Positions 41,107 through 53,410 of a stretch of 64,000 bases of DNA are shown piece after piece. The notes below the pieces were generated by a model that was not told where the DNA came from, ran no database searches, and saw nothing but the letters and a program-made list of their open reading frames with translations. The translations under genes and the position numbers were made by a program. Source of the stretch: Eledone cirrhosa. Taxonomy: Eukaryota. Within the stretch, counting starts at the first letter, position 1, and each line of letters opens with the position of its first letter. The stretch lies in assembly GCA_964016885.1 (NCBI GenBank), contig OZ024740.1:236344001-236408000 (forward strand), written 5' to 3'.

Positions 41107-41147
<41 letters not shown>

Positions 41148-41150
<3 letters not shown>

Positions 41151-41730
41151 TCATCATCATCATCATGATCATCATCGTTTAACGTCCATGTTCCACGCTT
41201 GCATGGGTTTGGACGGGAGTTTTCCCACTTGAGGCAAGAGTGGTTGTCTTGCTCGCATAGGACTGTCTGGCGGGTTTTCTACAGCTGGATGCCCTTCCTA
41301 ACACCAACCACATTTACAGTGTGGGACTGGGAGGTTTTTACCGTGTTGCCTACACGGCCACATTACAGCGTGGACTGTGTGTGTTTTTTGTCGTGACACC
41401 TACACGATCTCATTTGTTTCGGCCTGGATGTTGTGGCACCAACATAACTTTACATTGAAAGGGACGGTGTGGATGGGGTGGGGGTGGTGGGACGGGGGTG
41501 TATTTTGTTAGAGATGCCTACTGACTGTAGTAGGTTTTACTTTGTATTCAGGTAAGGCGGGTCTTCTCTATTACTGAGTGCCGCCAAAGATCTCGGTCCA
41601 GTGACATTGTCTTGGAGAGGTGTAAGTGTGTGAGGTCGGAATTTATCAGGTCGTCCCAGGTTTTTCTGGGTCTGCCTACTCCATGGCTACCGTCTATCTT
41701 TATTGCCCTGCACTTTTTTATACAGCTGTC
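41148..41730 (-). mobile_element. RTE family B 3' fragment
   Basis: (CAT)n tail and 3'UTR homologous to 49050-49554. Confidence 0.85.
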
Positions 41731-41828
41731 GTTATAAATCTTACAAATGTTTTATTTATTGTCTCATATAGTTATTGCTTACTGCTCTATCTTTGCTGGC
41801 AATATGTTAGTGACACTGTATGCTTGTG

Positions 41829-41867
<39 letters not shown>

Positions 41868-42024
41868 TATGTAATAAACAACATAAGGCAATTATTTCAT
41901 TTACCAGTGTATACATATATATATTATATGTATACACATACATATGTATATACATACATATGTATACAAACCTTTCTCTCTCTCTGTCTTTCTCTCTCTC
42001 CCTATATATGTGTGCATGTGTGTG

Positions 42025-42680
42025 TGTAGCAGATGCTCAGGGGAAGTAAGCACAAAAAACACACATGAAATAGATTCACTCAGCTGCCAAGGGAGCTCTG
42101 TAGAAGTTGTGGACAGTTTTTGCTACCTAGGTGATCAAATTAGTAGTGGGGGAGGATGCACTGAAAGTGTGATAGATAGGATAAGAACTAGCTGGAAGAA
42201 GTTTAGAAATCTATTACCACTGCTAACAACAAAATGCTTTTCTTTAAGAGTGAAGAGTAGACTGTATGATGCATGTGTGCAAACCACAATATTACATGGC
42301 AGTGAAACATGGGCTTTGACTGCAGAAGAGGCTAGAACAAAATGAGTTGAGTATGCTTCAATGGATGTGCAATGTTAGTGTGCAAGAATGACATAGCATA
42401 AGAAAACTGAGGGAAAAAATTTGACATAAGAGGAATTTGTTGTAGTGTGCAAGAGAGAAGACTGCATTGGTATGGCCACGTGATGAGCATGGAAGATGGC
42501 AACTGCATGAAAAAATGCAGAGAAACCCCTGTGGTTAGGGCCTATTGAAGAGGCAGACCCAGGAAACATGGATGAGGTTATAAGGACTGTCCTTAGAAAG
42601 CTAAACCTTACAACAGAAATGACTAAAGACCACAAGGGTTGGTGCTATGCAGTGCTGAAGACCTGACCTGCAGCTTACAA
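42025..42680 (+). mobile_element. Old RTE 3' fragment
   Basis: VVDSFCYLGDQISSGGG...LHGSETWA. Confidence 0.85.
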
Positions 42681-43281
42681 TGTGACCTGACCTCCCCTTT
42701 CCCTTCCACTAGCACTCCCTTACAGTTATTCTCAACTCACTACTTCAATCCCTTCCACACACACATTCCTGGCACCCCCACCCCTCTCATGAAGTGGTTG
42801 GCATTAAGAAGTCCTTCCAGCCATGGAGAGCCTTCCAAACAAACACATAAAGGGTTGGCAGGACCCTTCGGTCATGTCATGAACATGACAGCCTCCCTAG
42901 TGTTGGTGATCTACACAATGAATACACCCAGTACACACTGTAAAGTGGTTGGTGATAAGAAGGGCATCCAGCCACAGAAAGCTTGCCAGACAAAGGGTTG
43001 AGAGGACCCTCTAGTGATGACAAGAGCATGACAACCTCCCTAGTGTCGGTGATTTATATGATAAACACACCCAAGACTTACCAGACAAAGGGTTGGGAGG
43101 ACCCTCAGTTGTGTCAAAAGCATGACAACCTCTCCTGAGCACTCGGTGGAATGTGAGATCAGACATAAGCGAGACACAGACATTAAAGCAACAATGATAA
43201 TGATGATGATATATATATATATATATATTTATACACATATATGTACACATATATATATACACATATACTTATATATATACA

Positions 43282-43593
43282 CATGGAGGCACATGGCTTA
43301 GTGGTTAGAGCATTGGCCTTGCAATCGAAAGGTTGTGAGTTCAATTCTCAGACCGGGTGATGTGTTGTTTCCTTGAGCAAGACACTTTATTTCACATTGC
43401 TCCAGTTTACTCAGCTGTAGAAATGAGATGAGAGGGACTGGGGTCCCTATCATTCCACTGCAAAGTGGTCGTGGGGGTGCCACGGCAAAAAAGCACCCAG
43501 CACTCACTGTAAATGAGGTTGGTGTTAGGAAGGGCATCCAGCTGTAGAAATCCTTGCAAGCAGGGAAAAAGCGGACTTAAAATGATGATGATG
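43282..43593 (+). mobile_element. Composite tRNA-derived SINE
   Basis: A-box TGGCTTAGTGG, B-box GAGTTCAATTC, core, RTE-type tail. Confidence 0.85.
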
Positions 43594-44651
43594 ATATACT
43601 TATACAAAAAGCCCCCAGCCCACCCTGTAACGTGGTCACATTGGTGACATGGCACCCAGTCCACCCTGTAAGGTGGTCTTGCTGGTGACACACTGGAAAA
43701 GAACCTTGTCCAACCTGTCAGCTGGTCATTTTGGTGCTAAGATAAAAAGCATCCAGTCCATACTGTAAATCAGCAACCACTGGGTGCATTTATCATGTAG
43801 ATCACCAACACTAGGGAGGTTGCCGTGTCCTTGACATGACTGAAGGGTTGTCCCAACCCTTTGTCATAGTTCTATGGCTGGATGCCCTTCCTATCACCAA
43901 CCACTCTAACTTAAACAATGAGGATAACTCAACTTAAAATTCTGGAGACACCTGTCTTATAAATGTACCCTGTGTCATCATCATCATCATCATCATTATT
44001 TAATGTCCATCTTCCATGGTAGCATGGGGTTGGACGGGTTTGTCCTGCTTGAGGCAAGATTGGTTGGGTGACCATGTCTCGCTCATACAGAACTGTTTCT
44101 GGCAGGTTTTCTAGGGCTGGATGCCCTTCCTAACGGCAACCACATTTACAGTGTAGACAGGGTGCTTTTTGTCGTGTCACCTACACGACCACTTTACAGT
44201 GGACGGAAGTGGGAGGATGGAGTAGGTGTGTGGGGTGGAGTGTATATTGGGTGTAATATATGTGTGTGCAGTATAAGCTGTCAGAACAAATATATCTGTA
44301 CCAATTATAATTAAACTCAATGAAACAAACATGAAAAAATATGTTAACTCTAAATTCTTTCTTTTTTCCAAAATTTTCCAAATTATTTTAAAGTTTTCAA
44401 AATCTCAAAAAAAAAGAAAAAGTAAATGGAGTCAGAAAAGACGCTACAACTAACAAAGGAAATATATTTTTGTTAAAATACAAAATTGTTGCAAGCTCAC
44501 CAAAAATGTTATTCTTATCCTTCTCTTTCCTACGAAGAAACTTATGTTAATGATTTTCTAGTATACTAACAGCTTTGTAGTATTCAAAATATCTTATAGT
44601 AGACATATCCAGCAGTTAAGCTGAGTTGCTGTTTACATTATTGATAGGTAG

Positions 44652-44870
44652 TTGAGCACCATGTACTGGTCGCTCTCCGACAGGTTTGCAGTCATGCCCT
44701 TGGCAGTGGAGACTTCTGGTGCCCTTGGCCCTAGTACTACCTCCCTACTTACTACCATAGGTGCTGAGCTGGCTAGCCACAGGTGTGAGCTTCGTGAGAT
44801 GGAATGGCTCTTCCAGTGCATCTCCCTTACTAGCTTCCGGGGAAACGCCTTCTTCATTCTGTCCGCTGGG
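44652..44870 (+). mobile_element. CRE-like non-LTR retrotransposon 3' fragment
   Basis: YWSLSDRFAVMPLAVETSGALGP...LFQCISLTSFRGNAFFIL. Confidence 0.7.
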
Positions 44871-46239
44871 GTTGTGGGGAGGCCAGTACATGGGACCCCA
44901 TTTGCTCACATTACAGAGAGATGGGGAAGGTGAGAGAGATGGAGTCAATGACAGTGGGAGTTTGGCTCCTCTGTGTTCGGACACATTGCACCTGTCATGT
45001 GGATCATGTGATATTTTCTAGACAGTCTTACACAGTCATATGTACCCTATTCACTTATCTTTTCTCCACCTAGCCACTGTTGACAAGTACTCACTATCTC
45101 TTTATAAACATATTGCTGTTCCTCAATGCTTGTTCATGGCTATGGTAGGAATGAAGCTATCAACACTTCAGTCAGTGGCCCATCTGAGGAAGGAGCCCTG
45201 CGAGGTGGGGTGGGTGTTGCAGTGGGTATCATTGGCCATTGATTGTGGAAATGCTTTTGTAGTCTTGTCCACAAGGCACAGTCCCATTACCGCCATACCC
45301 TAGGCGCAGAGCCTATCACTCTCACCTTCCTCCTCTCCACTCTTCTGTGACCCTAAAGCCCTTGCCGGTCCCTTCCTTTTCTGTTTTTTTTTATATTGTC
45401 TATTTTACACTCTATTCTTTCTCCTTCAGTATCTGATTGGTTAAATTCTAACTACTGACAGCAAGCACATTTACAACTAGTATTTTCAATGAATTTGTTG
45501 ACTGAAAATGTATTACTATTTCATTTTTCTCTAAGATCCTCATCATTTTCTGGGTTTTTATTCTTAGCATATTTATTAAAACTTAGTTGTTCGATTAGTC
45601 AACTTTACTTTCCTTTGGATCAAAATATTAAAATGTTGCTGACTTTTAAAAGTTATTTTCTCTTTGTTGCACATCTTCATCAAATTCTTGCCTCACTAGA
45701 GAATATTATATGTCACTAGAGCTGCTAAACCACGTTCCAGCCATCCAGCCATATCTTCCAGGTATCCCTCTATTTCCCAATTGCAAATGTTCCGCTCACA
45801 CTATTATTGCTGTATTTATCATTTCACTAGCCTCCACAACACATTTATTTTACCCTCGTTTTCTTTTCCCATGCTGTCTCTCTACGAAGTCATCTACTCC
45901 CTTCCTCTCTCTTACATTATTATTAGTATTGTTGTATTTATCATTTCGCTGTCTCTACGAAGTCATCTACTCCCTTCGAAATCCTAACATTAACATTTCG
46001 CCTTGTCTAATATAGGTACTTGTATCGGTTTATTTTGCCATGAGATGCTATAGGCCATGATGGCTACCTATCTCACAATTTCCCTCCCGCCCACCATAGC
46101 CTATTTGACTAATCAAACCTCAGCATGTCCCCCACCCCACCTCACCCATTACCAACCCCAACAAACTCTGCCATTACTACTACTACCTACCTCTCTCCTC
46201 ACCCGTCTTAGCCCCAACACACCATTATTACCACCACCA

Positions 46240-49200
46240 CTGTTCTTCTAGCCCTGAATTCTCCTACCCTTACGTATGGATGAGCTGAGAATAAATGGAG
46301 CAACCCCGAATTAATAAATGAAAATGAATAAGAATCCGCGAGCTACCGAGCACCCATGTGAAGCTTCAATTCAGAGACAAGAAGCATACACACACCCCTG
46401 CAAAAATCGACCGTTTCCCACGAATGTTGACAAATGCCCAAAACTCCGAGTTGGTACCATCAATGTAAGCACAATAAAAGGAAGAGCAGGAGAAATCATA
46501 GAGATGCTAGAGCGAAAGGAAATAGATGGAGAGGAGAGTCTGCTAGAGTCCTTGTAGGAAAAAGTCAGTGCTACAAATTTTTCTGGGTGGGAAATGACGA
46601 TGGCATGGGTCGTGTAGGTATCCTACTAGCTGACAAGTAGGTAGATAAGGTAATCTCAGTGAACAGGGTGAATGCAAGAATCATTAAACTCAGACTAGTA
46701 CTGAATAAAACAATTACCACAATAATATCAGCGTACGCACCCCAACTGTGGTTGCCAGACGAACTTAAGGATAGGTTTTACGAGTCCCTAATGCACACTA
46801 CTGCTCTAACAAACGACAATGACTTCCTAATCATTGCAGGAGATTTTAACGAACACGTAGGTAAACACTGTGACAGCTTCTATAGAGTCCATGGAGGCCA
46901 TGGGGTTGGCACAAGAAATGAAGAAGGCTTTAGGCTTCTAGAATTCTGCAACGCCAATGACATGTCAATATGTAACACAAACTCCAAAAAACCCAACAAC
47001 CACCTGATCACCTATAGATCAGGGGAGCATTCTAGTCAGATAGATTTTATCCTCATCAGAGGATGTGACAGATGGACGGTCGTAAACACAAAAGCCTTCC
47101 CTAGTGAGGAATGTACCGCCCAACATAGCTTAGCTGTCAGCAACCTCACAGTCAGAACTAGACGAACCTGGAAACAGAAGCCAACCTGGAGAAGAAAGAT
47201 CTAGAAGCTGAAAGACCCCTCAGCCAGTAACAGATTTAAAGATATTTTACTCAACACCTAAAGAAGAACAAATAGAGACATTCAATGTAGAAGAGCACTG
47301 GAAGTTCCTAAAAAAATAACTTACTAAAGGCGACGGATGAGATCTGTGGCTGGAGTATGACCACAGGGCAGAGGAGAGTGACTTGGTGGTGGAACAATAA
47401 GGTAGATGAAGCAGTTAAGGCTAAGAGACAGGCATGGAAAGAATGGAAGAACGGAGGAAGCAGGGTACATTACTTAGAGACCAGGAGGGAAGCTAGGCGA
47501 CAAGTATACTTAGCTAGGAGGGAAGCAGAGGATAGAAAATTCAAGCATGTTTTGCAACGTGAAGACCAGAAACAGGAGGTGTTCAAGATTGTGAGGCAGT
47601 GTGTCAGAGAGAATTGTGATGTCATTGTAGAGAAGTGTATCTGGAATGATAAAGGTGAGCTTGCCCTCACAAGTGCTGAGAAGAAAGATGCGTGGAAGAG
47701 CCAGATTACTAAATGAGGAGAATGCATGGGAAGAAGAGACCCTACCCCAAGTAGACCCTATAGAGGGGCCAGCAGTACAAGTCAGCAGCAGCGTAGTAAG
47801 TAAGGCAATCAAAGATATGAAGACAGGGAAGGCAACTGGTCTATCGAGTATAGCTGCTGAGATGCTGAAGGCATCTGGGTCGGTAGGTCACACCATAACC
47901 ACACGCATTGTTAACCAGGTAATACTAGAAGGTGTCATACCAAAGGATTGGTGCAGTAGCATCATTGTCAACTGCTACAAAAGTAAAGGTGATGTACTAG
48001 ATAGAGGAAACTATAATCTAGTGGGCACTTAGAACTATAATCTATAATCTGGTGGGCTCTTAGAAAACTAGGAGTAGATGAATGGCTTGTGAAAGCTGTA
48101 CAAGCCATGTATAGGGGAGCAGTCAGCAAAGTTAGGATTAGCAATGAGTATAGCGAGGAATTTAGCATACAGGTCGGTGTCCACCAGGGCTCTGTTCTTA
48201 GCTCTCTCCTGTTCATCATAGTCCTGCAGGCAATAACGGAGGAGTTTAAGACCGGATGCCCATGGGAACTCCTGTATGCAGATGACCTTGCACTTATAGC
48301 TGAATCTATGGTGGAACTAGAGAAGAAATTCTAAACTTGGAAGCAGGGACTAGAAAGAAAGGGTCTCAAAGTCAACCTGACAAAGACTAAGGTCCTTGTA
48401 AGTAGGTGAGAAAACAGAACCCAGATCCTCTCAGGGAAATGGCCTTGCTCAGTATGTATGAAAGGTGTAGGTAGGAACTCCATTCTCTGCCCCAAATGCA
48501 AACAATGGGTACACAAGAGATGTAGCGGGATCTCAGGAAGCTTAATTAAGAATGTAGGCTTCACATGTAGCAGCTGTGCTGGGACAGCAAGCAGCAAACG
48601 ATCACAGGAAACAAGTACCACCAATCTCTGGGAGGGCTCTGTAGAAACAGGAGACAGCTTCTGCTACCTAGGTGACCGAATTAGCAGCGGAGGTGGGTGT
48701 TCGGAAACTACAATAACTAGGGTAAGAATAGGATGGAAGAAGTTCAGGGAGCTACTGCCACTGCTAGCTGCAAAAGGCTTTTCCCTCAAAATGAAAGGCA
48801 GACTGTATGATGCATGTATATGAACAGCAATGTTACATGGTAGTGAGACCTGGGCACTGAAGGTGGAAGACTTACATAGATTAGAAAGAAACGAAGCCTG
48901 CATGCTCCGATGGATGTGCAATAGTAATATACGCGAACGACAAAGCATAAATGAATTGAGAGAGAGACTGAGCATAAGAGGAATCAAATGCTGTGTGCAG
49001 GAGAGGCGGTTGCATTGGTATGGACATGTGATGCGTATGAAGGATGACAGCTGCATAAAAAGGTGCAGGGCACTAGAAGTTGATGGAAACCGCGGAGTGG
49101 GGAGACCAAGAAGACCTGGGATGAAGTGATAAAAGCCGACCTTACCCAATTACACCTCTCAAAGGCGATGATACGCGACCGTGACCTCTGGCGTCACGCA

Positions 49201-49554
49201 GGTAATACAGAAGACCCGACCCCCCCACGGGTACAAGCCGAAGCTGAAGCATATAGACAATATGCCCCCACCCCTTCCTACTGCAAAGTGGTTGTGGATG
49301 TGCCACGGCAAAAAAGCACCCAGCCCACTCTGTAAAGTGGACGTGTAGGCGCCATGGAAAAAAAGCACCCAGCACTCACTGTAAATGAGGTTGGTGTTAG
49401 GAAGGGCATCCAGCTGTAGAAATCAAGCCAGAATCAGTTCCTGTATGAGCAAGACAAGGTCAGCCGACCAGACACTGCCCACAACAGGACAACCCGTCTA
49501 ACCCATGCTAGCGTGGAAGAACGGACGTAAAACGGTGATGATGATGATGATGAT
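46240..49554 (+). mobile_element. Near full-length decayed RTE LINE (family B): APE, RT, PHD-like finger, 3'UTR, (GAT)n
   Basis: LRVGTINV, ISAYAPQ, IAGDFN, SQIDFIL (APE); GVHQGSVLS, YADDL (RT). Multiple stops, and a deletion of RT motifs near 48020. The 5' boundary is approximate. Confidence 0.95.
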
Positions 49555-49689
49555 GTGTGTTGTGCAATTGTATACATTAGTCTGTGTATGTGTGTGTTAT
49601 GCAATTGTATACATAGTGTGTATGAGTTTGTGGGTTTCAATATACTTAATCATGTGGCTGTTTAAGTATGCATGTATATATAGATATAT

Positions 49690-50045
49690 ATGGGTGGTGA
49701 GTTAACAGAGCTACTAGATCGTCGGACAGAATTATTTTTAGTATATGTTCCAGCTCACAGCATTCTTAATTCAAATCACACTGAAGTAATCTTTGTCTTT
49801 CATCTTTTTGAGTCGATAAAAAAGAAGTACCAGTCCAATATTAGGGTGAATTCTTCCTCTATATCTCTTTCTCATTTCCTCTTTATCCTTACCTCAAAGA
49901 AATCTGCTGTGTTCAGACCTGGAGGGGAATGTATTTGGCAGATTTAAAATGACCAAGAATGTATGTCACTATGGCATCCCTACTACTTCACCAGAAGTTA
50001 TGGGCCCATCCCTACTACTTCACCAGAAGTTATGGGCCCATACAA
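49690..50045 (+). mobile_element. Nin/Deu-type SINE with a distinct tail and a 32-bp terminal tandem duplication (49975-50041)
   Basis: Related copy at 50575-50910. Tail also present inverted at 15425-15560. Confidence 0.65.
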
Positions 50046-53000
50046 ACAGAGATATATAATTATGTATATTTCTCTTCTTGAATTCTCAGTTTATTTTAAC
50101 TGACTACCTGTTGAATGACAAGGTTTTTTTTAACAAAAAGTCAAAATAAAAAAAAACAGCTTGTTGTTTGGCACCCATTGTACAAACATTCACTTTTTAA
50201 GTATTTGAAGATTTTTAGGTTTTCTTGGTAGTGTACAATTTTCCATCATTTTACCATCAAAAATATTTATTGAGACTCAATAGTAAGATGGCTGAGATAT
50301 TTAGGTATTCATTTACTTGTTCAGGTTTGAACTGTTATTGAATTGATGTTGGCATTGAGGTCTAAAATGTTGAGAGTGTCCAACAAAATACTTTACAGCC
50401 CTTAGTAATGTCTCTTTGCATTCTGAATTTAAATCTAGCCAAGGTCAACTTTGCTTTTCATCCCTCTAGGGTTGATAAAATAAAATACTAGGGTCAATAT
50501 AATTGTCTTTCCCCTTCCCTCAAATTGCTGGCCTTGTGCTGTTAGGAAGAATTATTTGATGTTACTCCTGTTGCAAGGTGGAGAATTGGCATTGTTGTTA
50601 GAACATCAGATAGAATGTTTTGCAGTATTCATTTCCACTCTCTGCTCTCTGAGTTCAAATCCTACCGAAGTCAACTTTGTCTTTCATCCTTTCAAGATCG
50701 ATAATAAAAAGTACCAGTCTAGTACTGGAGTTGGTTCTTCCTCTATATGTCTTTCTCATTTCCATTCTCTCACTCTTTCTATCTTTCTCTGGAAGAAATC
50801 TGCTGTGTTCAAACCTGGAGAGTGATGGACTCCATCAGGTTTTTAAAATGCCCTAAAAATGCTGTATGTCAATATGGCGCCCCTCCGATTCCCTCAGGAG
50901 TTGCGGGTTTATACATGCTATCCATACTCGTATTGAACCAGAACATTTGGTTATAAAGATATATTTACAAAATCTAATTGTTTGATATTCTATTGATCTT
51001 TCAGTTTCTGATAGTATATACACCTCATATTATTCTTTTTTAAAGTTCTCACACAAATTTATACTTCGTAGCTATTATGATTTTACCAAGTTATAACATT
51101 AATTTTATTTCAAAAGAATTATAGTGGTTTTTAATAAGTTACAATATTATTATCTTTTTTTATAATCTATAATTATTTTATTTCAAAATACTCAAATATA
51201 TTCCTAGGATAAAATTACATAAAAATAATAAAGAATTTAATATTTAGTCAAACACAGAAAAAGTTATGCAAAATTAGATTTAATGTTATTCACAGTTTGT
51301 AAGTTATTTTTTTAAAGATTATTTTAGTTCACCAAATGTGTTTGAATGTGTAAATAACATTATAAGAGACTTCTTAAATTGATAATGTTATTTAAGCATT
51401 TGTAATGTTATTTATACAGCTGTGAATAAAAATTTTTACAATTTAAACATTTTTTAAAAATTACCATTTCAAATATTAATATTGTGTTCGTAGATGGAAA
51501 TTTAGTTGTTGCTGTTACATTGATTTGATTACTTCATAGAAGCTTTCTCATTTTGTTCTTATAAGATATATATCCTTAACTAAAGGCAACATAAAAGAAA
51601 ACAAAAGGTTAATGCTATAGCTCAGAGGTCATGTTGTATTGGATAAAGTTTTATAGAGAGAAGGGGGATTCTGAGTTCAAATGCTATCAAAATTGACTTA
51701 CAATTTTACCTCTCTCAAGATTCAATCGAATTCAAATTATGAGTAACTTACCATTGTTGCTGTTGTGTAGCCCTGCTTTGACAAACCAATTATCAAAGGC
51801 TTTTCAGTTATGATCATATCTTTTTTATTTCAAATAAAACCCATCTAGAACTACAGTATTCAAAGTGGCCCTCCTTGTTTAAGATAGTAAGGTGTAGTTT
51901 AAGAAAGATTTGGTTGGTATTTCTAGCAGTATGTCGTATAACTACATAACAATTCCCTCCTTGACTAAGTAACATACTGAAAGTGCAGAGTTAAAAACCT
52001 TCATTATCTTTTCCGTACAGTGCATAAGGTTTAGTGCATTTTCTGCTCACTACTACAATTGACTTTAGTTTTGCAACAATAGAGAGAAGTGTTGTTTAAT
52101 ACAACCAATGTTCTCTGTCTGAATATCACAGCAAAAGAAGCCATCTTAACATCTTCTCAACAGCTGAAGCAGGCTCTGATTATAACTGACAGATATAACT
52201 CTCTGTGATATGATTGATTGAAACATAAGTCAAACTGATTGAGGAAGGCCAATCACAAAGATGAGAGAATCAATGTAAGCCAATCAAAAATCATTGTCAG
52301 AATTAATGTTTAATTCCTAAAAATATCCTGCTGGAACAAAGACTGTACAAAAATGGCAGAAATATTTTCTAGAAATTGTAAAGAGATGAGCAGAGAAAAG
52401 TAAGATGTTGAAAAATAGGCAAGTGTGTGGGGTATTTGAACATGCAGTAAAAGTAAAGTAAAGATGTTCTCCATCAATTTTAAGTTTGGGGTGTGTTAGT
52501 CAGTCAAGCAGAATCAAACATTTGTGGGATTTCTTTACTAAGCAGAATTGTGAAGTGGTTTTATCTACACTTAACAGACCTGCATATACATATATATTCA
52601 CACAGGAATACATAAACACACCCACATCTTGATTTATTTACATTGCATTTCATTCTTGTACTGTCTCCATTATAATGGGCTCTTCTAACCAATAAAATAA
52701 ATTGTTATTTTTATTATCAATATTAAGTGTGGTAGCAATGGATTAGCAGAATTGTAGTGTTGGACAACATGCTTTGTGGAATATACTTACATCCATTTTC
52801 ATTCTGAGTTCAAATCCCACCAGTGTTAGCTTTGCCTTTTGTCCTCAAGTGGTCAATAAAATAAAGTACCTGTAATACACAGGGGTTGATTTAATCAACT
52901 ACCCCTCCACCCCCTGCCATAAAACTGTTGGCTTTGTGCTTAAATCAAAAACAATTATTAATATTAGGGGTGTTGGATTGGTAGAATCAGTTGAGCATAG

Positions 53001-53410
53001 GATAAAATGCCACAATGGTATTTGCTCTGGTTCTTTTCATTCTGAGTTCAAATCCCACCAATGTCAACTTTGTTTTTTATCCTTCTGGGTCAATAAAATA
53101 AAATGCCATTCAAAAACTAAGATTAATTTGATCTACTTTCCCCGCCCCTCAAATTGCTGGCCTTGTGCTTAAATTAGAAATCATTATTATTAATATTAAT
53201 TATGATAAAATTTACAATTATGTGTTCTTATGTTACACATATAACACCCTTAAGTATGGAAGGAAATCAAAGACATAATTGAAATATTTAACATAATAAA
53301 ACAAGTTTGATTGTTATACTTTAAACAGCCTTCATTAAGGAATGAAATCAAAGACATAAAATCTTAATGAAATATAATGAAGCAATGTTATGAAGAGCTA
53401 TAAATGTATG

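Larger units (their letters stand above)
40209..41116 (-). mobile_element. Tandem (518-bp period) double-hammerhead element with inverted end, retrozyme/Penelope-like
   Basis: 40209-40506 is repeated at 40727-41024 (2 differences seen). 41024-41116 is the reverse complement of 40843-40935. (TA)n flanks. Confidence 0.88.

Noticed and set aside
46443-49210. RTE as an intact functional CDS, or as the mobiliser of the hammerhead elements
   Set aside because: Multiple stops, frameshifts and a deletion in RT. The hammerhead elements lack the RTE 3' tail.
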